From: a virus
Taxonomy: Duplodnaviria; Caudoviricetes
DNA length: 64,000 nt
Direction: 5' to 3' (one strand)
Virus record (IMG/VR): IMGVR_UViG_3300037851_000284
Location: 96,001 to 160,000 of that record
Shown: positions 49,249-59,047 of the stretch, one piece after another
Position numbering within the stretch: position 1 is the stretch's first letter
Layout of the letters: every line of letters starts with the position of its first letter
The notes under the pieces: model-generated
What the model was told of the DNA's origin: nothing
Seen by the model: only the letters and a program-made list of their open reading frames with translations
The model's database searches: none
Translations under genes and position numbers: made by a program

Positions 49249-50499
49249 AGCTATACAAACACTAATAAGTCCTTGATCTGTATACCACTTAGATAAACTA
49301 TCAGCTCTTTGATTTTGAAATCTTAATACTATTTGATTTCTATTTATTTTATTAAAAATATCATATTCTCCATATTTAAATGACCTAGGAATAATATCAT
49401 CAACTCCTGCAACATCCATAGAAACATCTATTATCCTATTCCAAACTATCTCTCCTCCAATTGGGAGGTCGTTAATATATTGAATAATAGAACTTCTTAC
49501 CTGTTGTCTTATTATGTTTTCGTCTGTAACTCCAATAGAAGGCACTATTCCTAGGTCTAATTCTACTCCATAATAAGTTGGTCTATTTACATAAATAGTG
49601 TCACCATACGATAATTCTTGTTGTATTTTTTCTTGTACAGCATCTATCAATCCTTGAGATATAAGAGGAGAGACTCCATCTATTACTATATTTACTGTTC
49701 CATTACCAAATTTATTCTTTTCGAATAGTATATCTCGTATTCCAGGAACACTTAATGCTGCTCTTCTAATTGATAACTCGTTAGCTCTTATAGCACTTCT
49801 TGAGGTTGCTATTTTATATCTAAATTCTTCGTCGGTTAAAGAATATTTACCATTTTGAATAGGAAATCTGTTTGAACATTTAATATATTGGGAAATCTTT
49901 CTTAACTCAGGGATAGATGCTAACGTGTGAGCCACTAATACATTTGTTTGAACATTGGCTGCTGGACCAGAACTTGACGCTATTACTCCAACATAAGTAT
50001 CACTATTAGTTAAATGGGCAGCTTCTATAGTCGTATAAGATATTGTTCCATCAAAATTTTGTATTACAGTATCCTTAGGAATTATGATTTCTGTTGGTTC
50101 TCCGTTATTATCCAAACTCATAAATCCATTATTAACCAAAGTATTTCTTTCCACGTTTGTATAAGTTCTTTTAATCATAGGGGACAAACTCATATTTATT
50201 CTAGGATCTATATAAAAATAAAAGTTAGTCTTTGAGTAATCAGAAGGAGTTACGGCATCAGTACGTGTCTCGCCAACTAGATATCCTATTTTATCTAAAT
50301 CTGCTCCTGTTGCTCTGGTGGGATCAATAGCATTATAGATATACTCCATACTGTCATAATATCTTTCGAGTTCAAGACCAAGTATATCTAATAATGCTTT
50401 GCTAATGCCTTGAGCATTAAAATTATTTACAGGAGTATTCCTTTCAAGTCTAGTTTTTCCGTCTGTAACAACATCAATATAATTTCGTCTAACTGCCAT
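49246..50499 (-). CDS. Baseplate J-like protein (T4 gp6/P2 gpJ/Mu gp47 family)
   Basis: ATGADLDKIG, IPKDTVI...YTT, GPAANV, TDEEFRY, AALSVPGI, GNGTVNIV, YINDLPIG. Confidence 0.88.
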   Translation of the reverse strand: MAVRRNYIDVVTDGKTRLERNTPVNNFNAQGISKALLDILGLELERYYDSMEYIYNAIDPTRATGADLDKIGYLVGETRTDAVTPSDYSKTNFYFYIDPRINMSLSPMIKRTYTNVERNTLVNNGFMSLDNNGEPTEIIIPKDTVIQNFDGTISYTTIEAAHLTNSDTYVGVIASSSGPAANVQTNVLVAHTLASIPELRKISQYIKCSNRFPIQNGKYSLTDEEFRYKIATSRSAIRANELSIRRAALSVPGIRDILFEKNKFGNGTVNIVIDGVSPLISQGLIDAVQEKIQQELSYGDTIYVNRPTYYGVELDLGIVPSIGVTDENIIRQQVRSSIIQYINDLPIGGEIVWNRIIDVSMDVAGVDDIIPRSFKYGEYDIFNKINRNQIVLRFQNQRADSLSKWYTDQGLISVCIA

Positions 50500-50510
50500 T
50501 TTAAACTCCG

Positions 50511-51035
50511 TTAATTAAGGAAATTTTCTCTCATAGAAGTCAAATATTTATTTGGTCTTTTCATATTTGAAATATCATTAATTTTATAATTAGTAGTCGA
50601 GATAGGATCTAACACTCTACTATCATATTTATTAAATTTGCTTATACCGTTAATAAAATCAAAATCGAATATAAGGGAATCTACTTCATAATTCTGCATC
50701 ATAATATCAACAAAAATCATTATACTCTCGTAACCAGTAGGAACTACTCTTACCGAAACTTGTCCTGGAAATACAGTATCTTTTAATCCATCAGTTAGAA
50801 AAGATTCTATTCTTTTTCCTACTTCTCTGGTATTTTGAGACCCTGTAAATACATTTGGTGTACATCCAATTTTAGGAGAAGCTTTCCAGTCTCCAGGTTC
50901 GGTTATTAATAATTTATATATTTCTCTCTCTATATAATCTATACCGTTAGATAACATTAGGTCTCCGTTTTCGAAGTGGAGATCGGTATCGTATCCAAGT
51001 AAAACATCCCACATACCAGTATATATCTGATTCAT
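50511..51035 (-). CDS. gp25/gpW/Mu gp46-like baseplate wedge subunit
   Basis: DLHFENGDL...L.TEPGDW...IG pattern; sits between the spike-like and J-like genes. Confidence 0.72.
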   Translation of the reverse strand: MNQIYTGMWDVLLGYDTDLHFENGDLMLSNGIDYIEREIYKLLITEPGDWKASPKIGCTPNVFTGSQNTREVGKRIESFLTDGLKDTVFPGQVSVRVVPTGYESIMIFVDIMMQNYEVDSLIFDFDFINGISKFNKYDSRVLDPISTTNYKINDISNMKRPNKYLTSMRENFLN

Positions 51036-51802
51036 TATGTTAGTACTCCAGCTGCTTTATCTATTACTTTCACAACTTGTCGTACTTTAGTTGCTCCGTT
51101 TGCTATTTGAGCCACTAATGATAAGTTAGGATATTCTGGAAAAGAGATAGGAAAAGTTACTATAGTTGAAGGTATAAATCGTTGAAGAGTGTTATCCATC
51201 ATTATTCCTCTTTGATGTTCTGAACTTTCCCAAGAAACGTTTCCGGCAATATAAACTCCTTCTTTCCCCATAGTAATTGAGGAACCAATTGATTTTATTA
51301 GAATTGTGCCGTCTTTATTAATAAAGATACCAACACTTTTATTCGAAAGATTTTCTTTTGATTCAGTATTAGTATAGTCTCCCTCTAAAGGAGGAGAAAT
51401 AGCCACAGATACTTTATCTAAATCAAACATATTTGTCTTACTTATAGCAAATCCTGCCCCTCCAGAATTTGGATTTGTAACAGAAACAGTCTGTTTTTTA
51501 GGTACACACCAAACTAGACCAAAAGGAAGGTCTGCCAAAGTTCCCTTATCATCCAATATTCCAGGAAGAAAATTCTGTCTTTCAGGAGTAACACATCTAG
51601 TTTCTAGTAAAGATTCATCATTTGTTACAACTATAGCAACATGATGTTCTGGACTAGGAACTATGTGCCCTCCAAAATATTTAAAATCATAATAGTTCTT
51701 ATTATGTTTAATTCTTATAACTTTATGGCGGTCATTATAATAATTAATCTCAGATATAGAAGCGCCATAAGCTTTAAGTTCGTATCTATTTTCATTAGCC
51801 AT
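51035..51802 (-). CDS. Putative baseplate central spike (gp5/gpV/Mu gp45-like)
   Basis: Position after the hub; beta-solenoid-like GIFINKDGTILIKS..SSITMGKEGVYI. Confidence 0.5.
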   Translation of the reverse strand: MANENRYELKAYGASISEINYYNDRHKVIRIKHNKNYYDFKYFGGHIVPSPEHHVAIVVTNDESLLETRCVTPERQNFLPGILDDKGTLADLPFGLVWCVPKKQTVSVTNPNSGGAGFAISKTNMFDLDKVSVAISPPLEGDYTNTESKENLSNKSVGIFINKDGTILIKSIGSSITMGKEGVYIAGNVSWESSEHQRGIMMDNTLQRFIPSTIVTFPISFPEYPNLSLVAQIANGATKVRQVVKVIDKAAGVLT

Positions 51803-51811
51803 ATTAAATCC

Positions 51812-54800
51812 TTAATATGCCCAAGGAACGATTTGTTTATATAAGCCGTAATCTTTTGGATTCCAACCAGTAGTAGCATTTGCTTTAAATATGTCTCTAT
51901 AAGCCATATATTGTGTAATCGGTTGGTCTTTCATATCGGCTACGTTATGGTTCATTAATGTTTTTAAACTGGTATAATCAATACCATCAAATCCTGCCAT
52001 ATAGGGCATTCCATGATATAATAATGATGTGAAATTAATACAATCCCTACCCATAATATGCCCCATTTGGTCAAAGACTGCTTTATGATATTTTTTAATA
52101 GTTCCTATAGTACTATTATATACCTGCGTAACAAAACCTAAAGCAAGATAAGCTGGCTCTAAAGGAAAAGCACTACTAAATATTGACCTAAAATTAATAA
52201 AATCATATATTTGATTAATAGTTTGAACGTCTTGTACCTGAACAGGGTCTCTATCGTAAGTAATTAGATTGGGAGTTATTACTGTTCTAAACCCCCTATC
52301 AGGAGTGAAAGTATGAATTACTTCTTCTACCTCAACAACTCCATGCGTGTCGTTTGTATAATCCTGTATATGTAATATATCAAATGGTTTAATTGCTGGA
52401 TTACCTATAATTTCTATAGTTCCTTGGTACATTTTTTCAACTTCGTTCTTTAATAGGTTAACTCCTACTACAACGAAAGAAGGAAATCTATCCCATCTAG
52501 GGATATTTATATCACCAGCATTAGAACTATTATCTTTAGGATTAAATTTTTCCCTATGATAATCCTCAAAGAATTTAGTAGTTTTGGAATGTATATCAAA
52601 CCAGTTAGTATCTATATTTTTTTGATAACTATTTAAAGGTCTAGATGATTCGTCCTTTTGTTCTCCAAAGGCTTTGACCGTCCATAGACTTAGTTTTTTA
52701 CTAATATACTCGTCGTCCATATTATCTAGACTTGCGTTTTTAATCTTAGGTTCCCCAGTATAATATACGTTAACTAAGTTAGAAAAGTTACTATTTAAAG
52801 ATATATTATTAGCTATTATATTAGAAGTATCAGTAACTAAATGATGTGTTTGAATTTTTTTATACTGAGGATTACTTAATAATCTCTTATCAGTATTTGA
52901 GAATCTGTCCTGAACAGCATAAAACAACTCTGGTGTAAGAGGAGGAGATTTTGCGAAATTCTTAAGTCCTATTCTACTTTTTTGGGTTAATCCTTCTCCG
53001 TGTATTATGTTTAAGAATAACGCTAATCTAGGACCATAATTATTTCCTTCAGAAAAATTATAAGTAGATAATTCGTTTTCTGGAATAGGAGGAAGATTAC
53101 CAAACTTTATTAGATTTCCAACTAATTTATTAGTAGACGTATCAATAATCTTATTATTAGAAACCATATCCATTAGATTACTATATATATCAATTGAAGA
53201 ACCAACAGCCTGTGTTTGACTTAAAACATAGGCCGCCATCACAAGACAATTTATTCGATTCTGTAAGAAACTATATAATTTTCTTCCATTAGGGGTAAGA
53301 GTTATAGTAGGAGTTAGAACAGTTGTATATAAATAACTAAATACTATAATTTGACCTTTGTCGTCTTTGATTAGCGAATCAAAAGATGTATTTACGGCTT
53401 TTATTGATTCCCAAGTCTTTATAGCTTCTTCAACTTCTCTTATATTTAAACTAGATATACTGAACGCATCAGTATATTTATAATATCCTGCTTTATCTCC
53501 TATTACTAAAGTTTCTCTAATATGATTATTATTTGATAACGAGTCGTCATTAAAAGATTTAACAGTAACAATTTTATTTCTATGATATAAAGTAATTTCT
53601 TTTAAAGCATCCCACACGCTTTGATTAAATACTACCCAATCAAAGGTAGGATGATGATATATGTTAGTATTAGAACTATAATTTAAATATATATTTTCGT
53701 CTCTTGGATTATCCTGAGCAAAAGTTAGCGAAGAGGTAGCACCAATAAGATTACTTAGTAATAATCTATCTCCGAATTTTCCCCTAACATTACGAATATT
53801 TTTTCCTGTAAATGGTTGAATTCCATTAGCTAGACCAAACATCTCTGTTTTACCAAGTTTCTCTAATCCAGGAATTAAATCAAGTATAGCGGAAGCTACA
53901 TCACCGTGTTCTCTAGATGTTGATAATAGACCGAATTTCTCTGCTACTATTTGATGATTAAGCTGGGCGCCAAAACTTTGACACACCAATTCTACATTAG
54001 GCCCATTGTTCATTTCTATTATTCTTCCTTGGAATACAGAAGTTAATAGATTATCATAGGGAGCATAACCCATTTTTATTATTATACCTGTTCCAGGTTT
54101 AAGGTCTAGTGTTCCAAAGAACAGATTATCAGGCTCGCCTTTTTGACCTATAGAGTAACCAAACAACTTCTCAGATTCTCTTAATAGAGACATTCTATCT
54201 GTAAGATTACCAGTAATGTTACTTAATCTAATAATAGCAGTAGTGCTCGGAGAATTTTTATTTGATATTATCTCTATAGACTGAATAGCATTATGAGTAT
54301 AATAATCATCAAAGTTTCTAATTAATCCTTTATCTTCTTCGACAAAAAAGATCTTAAAGGTAGGAAACATTTTAATAGTAGTATTTTTATTTAGGTTATC
54401 ACTATTATTAAAATCTTTTAGAATTTTAACTTTTCTATCATTTTCTTCTTGGGTTCTGAAATTCCAAAAATCTAGATAACCTATTTCTGGTATGGTTGAA
54501 AAATCTATATTTTGTTTACCATTTGGCGCAGCAACAGCGTCTTTAAGAACAGTATTTAATCTAATAAAAAACCCTATTTTATTGTACAAATAGTTTTCTA
54601 ATCTATAAATTCCAGGAAGAGCTACAAACTTTTCGTTATAAGTTTCAGCTAATCCATTAACATTTTGACTTCTTAAATGTTTTGCAATCTCTTTTTGTTC
54701 TTGAGTTATATTTTTCTTACTAGTATAATTTGTCTGTTCCAATAACTCAGAAGTCATATTTTCAGCATTTATTAATATGGATTCTATAACCGAATGTAGT

Positions 54801-57800
54801 TTTTGTATACTGGCTTCTTCCGTTGTACCCTTAGATAAGAAAGATTGATTATCATACTTAGAATCGGTTCTATTTGCCTTATTATTTTTATATAAAACTT
54901 GTTTAATTAAGGTATTTTTGTTAATCTTTTTAAGCATATAATCATTAATGACATTATAAACTTCCATTAATTCTATAAGAGTCTTCATTCTAGCAGTATA
55001 GATAAGATTAAATTTTCTAACATCCATGTTATCAGCAACTAATCCTTTAGAAGATTTTTCTAATTTAGCTTGTAGACGTTTTCTTTCATTAACATAATCT
55101 TTATTATTTTTATTGTTTTTATCGAAATCGTTTAAAATTCTTTGATTTACATCACTTATTATTTTCTGCTCGTTTACATTATTTTTACACATAGAAATAA
55201 CATCTCGTGTATATTTTAATATGTCTATTAATTGATCAATACTATCAGTATTAAACATAGTATTTAGATCTGATGTAATAATTTTTGAAGCAGAAGTTTT
55301 AACCTCGTCTTTTAGATTAGAAGAGTTGTTAATTAATTGATTATATCTACCCAATAACTCAGATGCTTCTGTAAAAGTCATCATAGCACATAATTTACCA
55401 ACCTTAGCATATCTCTTTAAAGAAGCATCAATATATATTCTCTTCTCGACTCCATCCATAATTGGATTAAATAAATAAAAATCAGGACCAATAATAATAT
55501 CATTATTATAAATTGGAATATCAAAGTCGTTATAACAATTTAGTGGAGTTAATTTTCTATTAGCTTCTATAGATTTATATGTTGGTTCTCCAACTATATC
55601 AGGAGTTATAAACTTATTATATACTGTTGGATCCCTTAAAATTTTCTCTGAAAAATCCCTGAATATATTATTAGCAAATTCATCTTCTAGTGAACTAAAG
55701 AACGAATCAAACTTATTGATTAATTTTTCCTTAACTTCTCCCTGTAAGGATTGGACAAATGTTTTTAAAAAAACATTACCTAAATAGTTTGAAAATCCTA
55801 ATACCGTTCCAAATATAGACAATTGAACGGCGTTAGGAGCTTTTAAATCGTGAGTAGCATAGTAAACCATCTTTTGGAAGAAAGTTCTATTTGGTTCGAT
55901 GATAAGTTTAATAGCTTCACTTTTTTGATAAAGCAATACATCAAGTCTTGATAATATATAATCAATTATTTTTCTAAATTCAGGAGAGTTAGAAACTAAA
56001 TTATTAATAGCTTCTGTCGAAATTGTATCTATTTGTTCTTCTATGTCTAATTGCTCTTTTAGACCGTTCTTTATTTTTTGAGCTGTTTCTGCTCCAATAA
56101 TCGACGACCACTGACTTGTTCCCGCTTGTGGAACCGTTGATGTTGAAGTATAAAAAGGAATAAACCTACTAATTCCTTTGGTAGCACTGCTTTCTTTTTC
56201 TGCTTGTTTAATATATTTTTCAATACTATCTCCATACACTTTTAAAAATCTTATTCTAACAAGTTCATTAAGAGTTAGTTGTAATTCTTCAGATTTGATA
56301 TTTTCCGGAGTTTTGGATTTCTTTAAATATTTTACTACCTTGAAATTTTCTCCATTTCTTTCCAATCGTGCTATTATATTAGCTATTTGTTCTACGGCTT
56401 TATCATTAGTGGGAACCCTAGATATATTGTGATAATCAGATATAGTAAAGTTAGCTTGCGTAAAATTTACAGTAGTATTCCACGAATTAGGCTGACCGTC
56501 TATAGTAACAGTATTAGAAGAATCAAATACTACTTTTTTTATACCAAAACAATTAAATATAAATCCTTGTCTTTCTTCGTTATTATCAGTAGGAGCAAAT
56601 ATGGTTAGTCTACTATCTAAATAGGTTGCTAATTCTGGAGCCGTCATCATTATAATCTTTATCGAGTCTCTTAGTCTTGTGGATAATAACGATAATTGGG
56701 TTTTTAAATCATCTGTAACATCTGGTTTTTCTGATGTAGAAGTTATAGATAATGATAATACAGCATCATCAGAACCTATATGCTGATAATAAGGTTGATC
56801 ATAGGCCTGTAAATTTATTGGTACAAATTTATTAGAGAATATTAAAGACCAATCGGTTATAATATCTTTTCTATTATCTATTTCTACTGTATATTCTTTT
56901 AATGGAAGCCTATTTACTTTAAAAATATCATTATCTGAGGAAGGAGAAATTACTAATAGATTAGAATCTTCTCCTGTAAATTCAGATATAATTGATTGTG
57001 CTATAATTTTCATACATGCTGAGAAGTCTTTTCTTCTCTGGCCTGTGGAATCAGCACTAATCCACTCGAATATTTTATTTATTTCAGCATCAAGAGTTCT
57101 TACACCAAACCCATTATCGATTCCTTTATTAACTGAGTTGTACGTTAATAAAGTTTTAAGTCCTACGGCGTCGCTCCCAGCCACTGAAAACTTCCCCTGT
57201 ATTAAATTCCAAGTATCTTGTGTTGCTTCCAACATCGGACTTAATCCAATTTTAGCTAATCCTCCTTGAATAAAATAATCCAGCAAGTTTCTTATAGGGT
57301 GATCGTCTTGAGTATCTAGAGTGATATTATATCTTGCTAAAATTTCTGGAATCTGATTAGTGATTGCGCTTATCTTAGCTGTATTAAATTCAAAAAAATC
57401 TTTTGTAGTATAAAAAGTATTTACTAATTCTTTCCATAATTCGTCTCTATTAGTTGTGGCATTATATAAGGTTGTTAATTCAGATAACAATCTTTCTTGT
57501 TCGGTCAATCTTTGTTCTGATATAACTTTACTTATTGTTGAAAAATCATCACTAATAGCTCTGTATTTAATATATACAGGAACTTTATTATCTTCCTCGT
57601 TATATTCGTGTAGTCTGTTTTCAGGATTAGTTGGTCTAAATTTTGTAATATCGTATGAAGATGATACTCTACTTCCATCACTAGAAACTGGGTATATAAC
57701 TTGGCCTAAATTGTCTTTTATCTCGGTCCTTTCTGCAATTAAGGATTGATAAAATGCCCTGAATGGTAGACTGTTTCTAAAATCATAATCGCTTCTAATA

Positions 57801-58861
57801 CTTCCTATAATTAAATCCGAAAACCTTTCTGGAACAACCGATTGTTCATATAATTTTGCTTCAGATTTTCTTATGATATCATCTAATTCCTTATTCCTGT
57901 ATAATAATGCCTGTTGTCTTTCGACATCTCTCATAGATAATAACGCGGAAAATTTTTCGGTGATTCCGCGACAATCAAAAGGAAGAATAGTAATTGCTGC
58001 TTGTAGGGTATTAGGAAATCCTCGTACAGATTGTATTTGTATACTCTCTAGAGCTATTGAAAGCCACTCATCTTCATGTAATAATGTTTTAAAGAAATTA
58101 CATATATCTTTGTTTCGAAGATTAACGAAAGGAGCGCGTCTATACATCGCGTATAAATTTAATAACTGATAATTAATTGAGTCTTGATTTGGAAATATAA
58201 GAGTTATAGATATATTTTTTACCTGTCCGACCGTCGGAATTTTAGGGTTACCTTGAGTTCTAATTGTCGGAAAATACTGGTATCCATTTTGAGTATTAAA
58301 TGATATTTGAGTAGGATCAACTAAAAATATTAAGTCTCCTATTTGGAGGGCACCGTCTCCTAAAGAATCAAAAATGATATCATTATCAGCATCTTGAATA
58401 CGTACTTCTTTTTCATCTAGAATTCTATGCGTTTTATTATCAGTACTTTGAACTATTTCCATTGATATTTTTTTAATTCTAGATTCTAATTTATCATCTA
58501 CAAGTTTAATAGGACGAATAACATTAAATTGTCTCATTCCGTCTACTATAAAATTATTTATTATTGAATCTGGTATTCTAGGCCATGTTGTCGGAGGTTC
58601 ATAAGGAACTGATTGAGTTACAACATAAAATTTATTTGCAACTAATATGTCTCCTCCTTGAATAAAATTAACACAAACTTTATCATATAAATTTACATCT
58701 ATTCCAAGATATTGTTTATAAACTTCAGTTATATAGTGATTTATATTTGTAGATTGAGTATTAGTATCATTACTTGAATAAGCGGTTTTAAGTTCTTTAT
58801 AAGGACTTTTATTTGTTAAAATGTAATTTAGAGTGTCGCCTATAACTTGTGGATCTATCAT
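51812..58861 (-). CDS. Very large baseplate hub-like protein (gp27/Mu gp44/gpD-type domains in the C-terminal third)
   Basis: IQSIEI...TAIIRLSN...LKPG..I.IKMGY...VFQGRI...ELVCQSFG, and YQGTIEIIGNPAIKPFD...EVEEVIHTFTPDRGFRTVITP. Confidence 0.72.
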   Translation of the reverse strand: MIDPQVIGDTLNYILTNKSPYKELKTAYSSNDTNTQSTNINHYITEVYKQYLGIDVNLYDKVCVNFIQGGDILVANKFYVVTQSVPYEPPTTWPRIPDSIINNFIVDGMRQFNVIRPIKLVDDKLESRIKKISMEIVQSTDNKTHRILDEKEVRIQDADNDIIFDSLGDGALQIGDLIFLVDPTQISFNTQNGYQYFPTIRTQGNPKIPTVGQVKNISITLIFPNQDSINYQLLNLYAMYRRAPFVNLRNKDICNFFKTLLHEDEWLSIALESIQIQSVRGFPNTLQAAITILPFDCRGITEKFSALLSMRDVERQQALLYRNKELDDIIRKSEAKLYEQSVVPERFSDLIIGSIRSDYDFRNSLPFRAFYQSLIAERTEIKDNLGQVIYPVSSDGSRVSSSYDITKFRPTNPENRLHEYNEEDNKVPVYIKYRAISDDFSTISKVISEQRLTEQERLLSELTTLYNATTNRDELWKELVNTFYTTKDFFEFNTAKISAITNQIPEILARYNITLDTQDDHPIRNLLDYFIQGGLAKIGLSPMLEATQDTWNLIQGKFSVAGSDAVGLKTLLTYNSVNKGIDNGFGVRTLDAEINKIFEWISADSTGQRRKDFSACMKIIAQSIISEFTGEDSNLLVISPSSDNDIFKVNRLPLKEYTVEIDNRKDIITDWSLIFSNKFVPINLQAYDQPYYQHIGSDDAVLSLSITSTSEKPDVTDDLKTQLSLLSTRLRDSIKIIMMTAPELATYLDSRLTIFAPTDNNEERQGFIFNCFGIKKVVFDSSNTVTIDGQPNSWNTTVNFTQANFTISDYHNISRVPTNDKAVEQIANIIARLERNGENFKVVKYLKKSKTPENIKSEELQLTLNELVRIRFLKVYGDSIEKYIKQAEKESSATKGISRFIPFYTSTSTVPQAGTSQWSSIIGAETAQKIKNGLKEQLDIEEQIDTISTEAINNLVSNSPEFRKIIDYILSRLDVLLYQKSEAIKLIIEPNRTFFQKMVYYATHDLKAPNAVQLSIFGTVLGFSNYLGNVFLKTFVQSLQGEVKEKLINKFDSFFSSLEDEFANNIFRDFSEKILRDPTVYNKFITPDIVGEPTYKSIEANRKLTPLNCYNDFDIPIYNNDIIIGPDFYLFNPIMDGVEKRIYIDASLKRYAKVGKLCAMMTFTEASELLGRYNQLINNSSNLKDEVKTSASKIITSDLNTMFNTDSIDQLIDILKYTRDVISMCKNNVNEQKIISDVNQRILNDFDKNNKNNKDYVNERKRLQAKLEKSSKGLVADNMDVRKFNLIYTARMKTLIELMEVYNVINDYMLKKINKNTLIKQVLYKNNKANRTDSKYDNQSFLSKGTTEEASIQKLHSVIESILINAENMTSELLEQTNYTSKKNITQEQKEIAKHLRSQNVNGLAETYNEKFVALPGIYRLENYLYNKIGFFIRLNTVLKDAVAAPNGKQNIDFSTIPEIGYLDFWNFRTQEENDRKVKILKDFNNSDNLNKNTTIKMFPTFKIFFVEEDKGLIRNFDDYYTHNAIQSIEIISNKNSPSTTAIIRLSNITGNLTDRMSLLRESEKLFGYSIGQKGEPDNLFFGTLDLKPGTGIIIKMGYAPYDNLLTSVFQGRIIEMNNGPNVELVCQSFGAQLNHQIVAEKFGLLSTSREHGDVASAILDLIPGLEKLGKTEMFGLANGIQPFTGKNIRNVRGKFGDRLLLSNLIGATSSLTFAQDNPRDENIYLNYSSNTNIYHHPTFDWVVFNQSVWDALKEITLYHRNKIVTVKSFNDDSLSNNNHIRETLVIGDKAGYYKYTDAFSISSLNIREVEEAIKTWESIKAVNTSFDSLIKDDKGQIIVFSYLYTTVLTPTITLTPNGRKLYSFLQNRINCLVMAAYVLSQTQAVGSSIDIYSNLMDMVSNNKIIDTSTNKLVGNLIKFGNLPPIPENELSTYNFSEGNNYGPRLALFLNIIHGEGLTQKSRIGLKNFAKSPPLTPELFYAVQDRFSNTDKRLLSNPQYKKIQTHHLVTDTSNIIANNISLNSNFSNLVNVYYTGEPKIKNASLDNMDDEYISKKLSLWTVKAFGEQKDESSRPLNSYQKNIDTNWFDIHSKTTKFFEDYHREKFNPKDNSSNAGDINIPRWDRFPSFVVVGVNLLKNEVEKMYQGTIEIIGNPAIKPFDILHIQDYTNDTHGVVEVEEVIHTFTPDRGFRTVITPNLITYDRDPVQVQDVQTINQIYDFINFRSIFSSAFPLEPAYLALGFVTQVYNSTIGTIKKYHKAVFDQMGHIMGRDCINFTSLLYHGMPYMAGFDGIDYTSLKTLMNHNVADMKDQPITQYMAYRDIFKANATTGWNPKDYGLYKQIVPWAY

Positions 58862-58864
58862 TAA

Positions 58865-59047
58865 TTATTCCTTAATCTTGTCTATATTAACAGGATTTAT
58901 AGAAATAGGGTCATCGACTTCCCTAATCGAAATTACTGTTTCTAATCCAGTAATATTAGATACTTGATCTTTAATAGTTTTAATATAGGTATTATAATCT
59001 ATTCCGTCAGGTAAGTCTATGATAATAGAGGCTCTTATAGAACTCAT
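58865..59047 (-). CDS. Small hypothetical protein
   Basis: 60 aa; its ATG overlaps the upstream TAA and it ends 3 nt before the hub start. Confidence 0.55.
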   Translation of the reverse strand: MSSIRASIIIDLPDGIDYNTYIKTIKDQVSNITGLETVISIREVDDPISINPVNIDKIKE

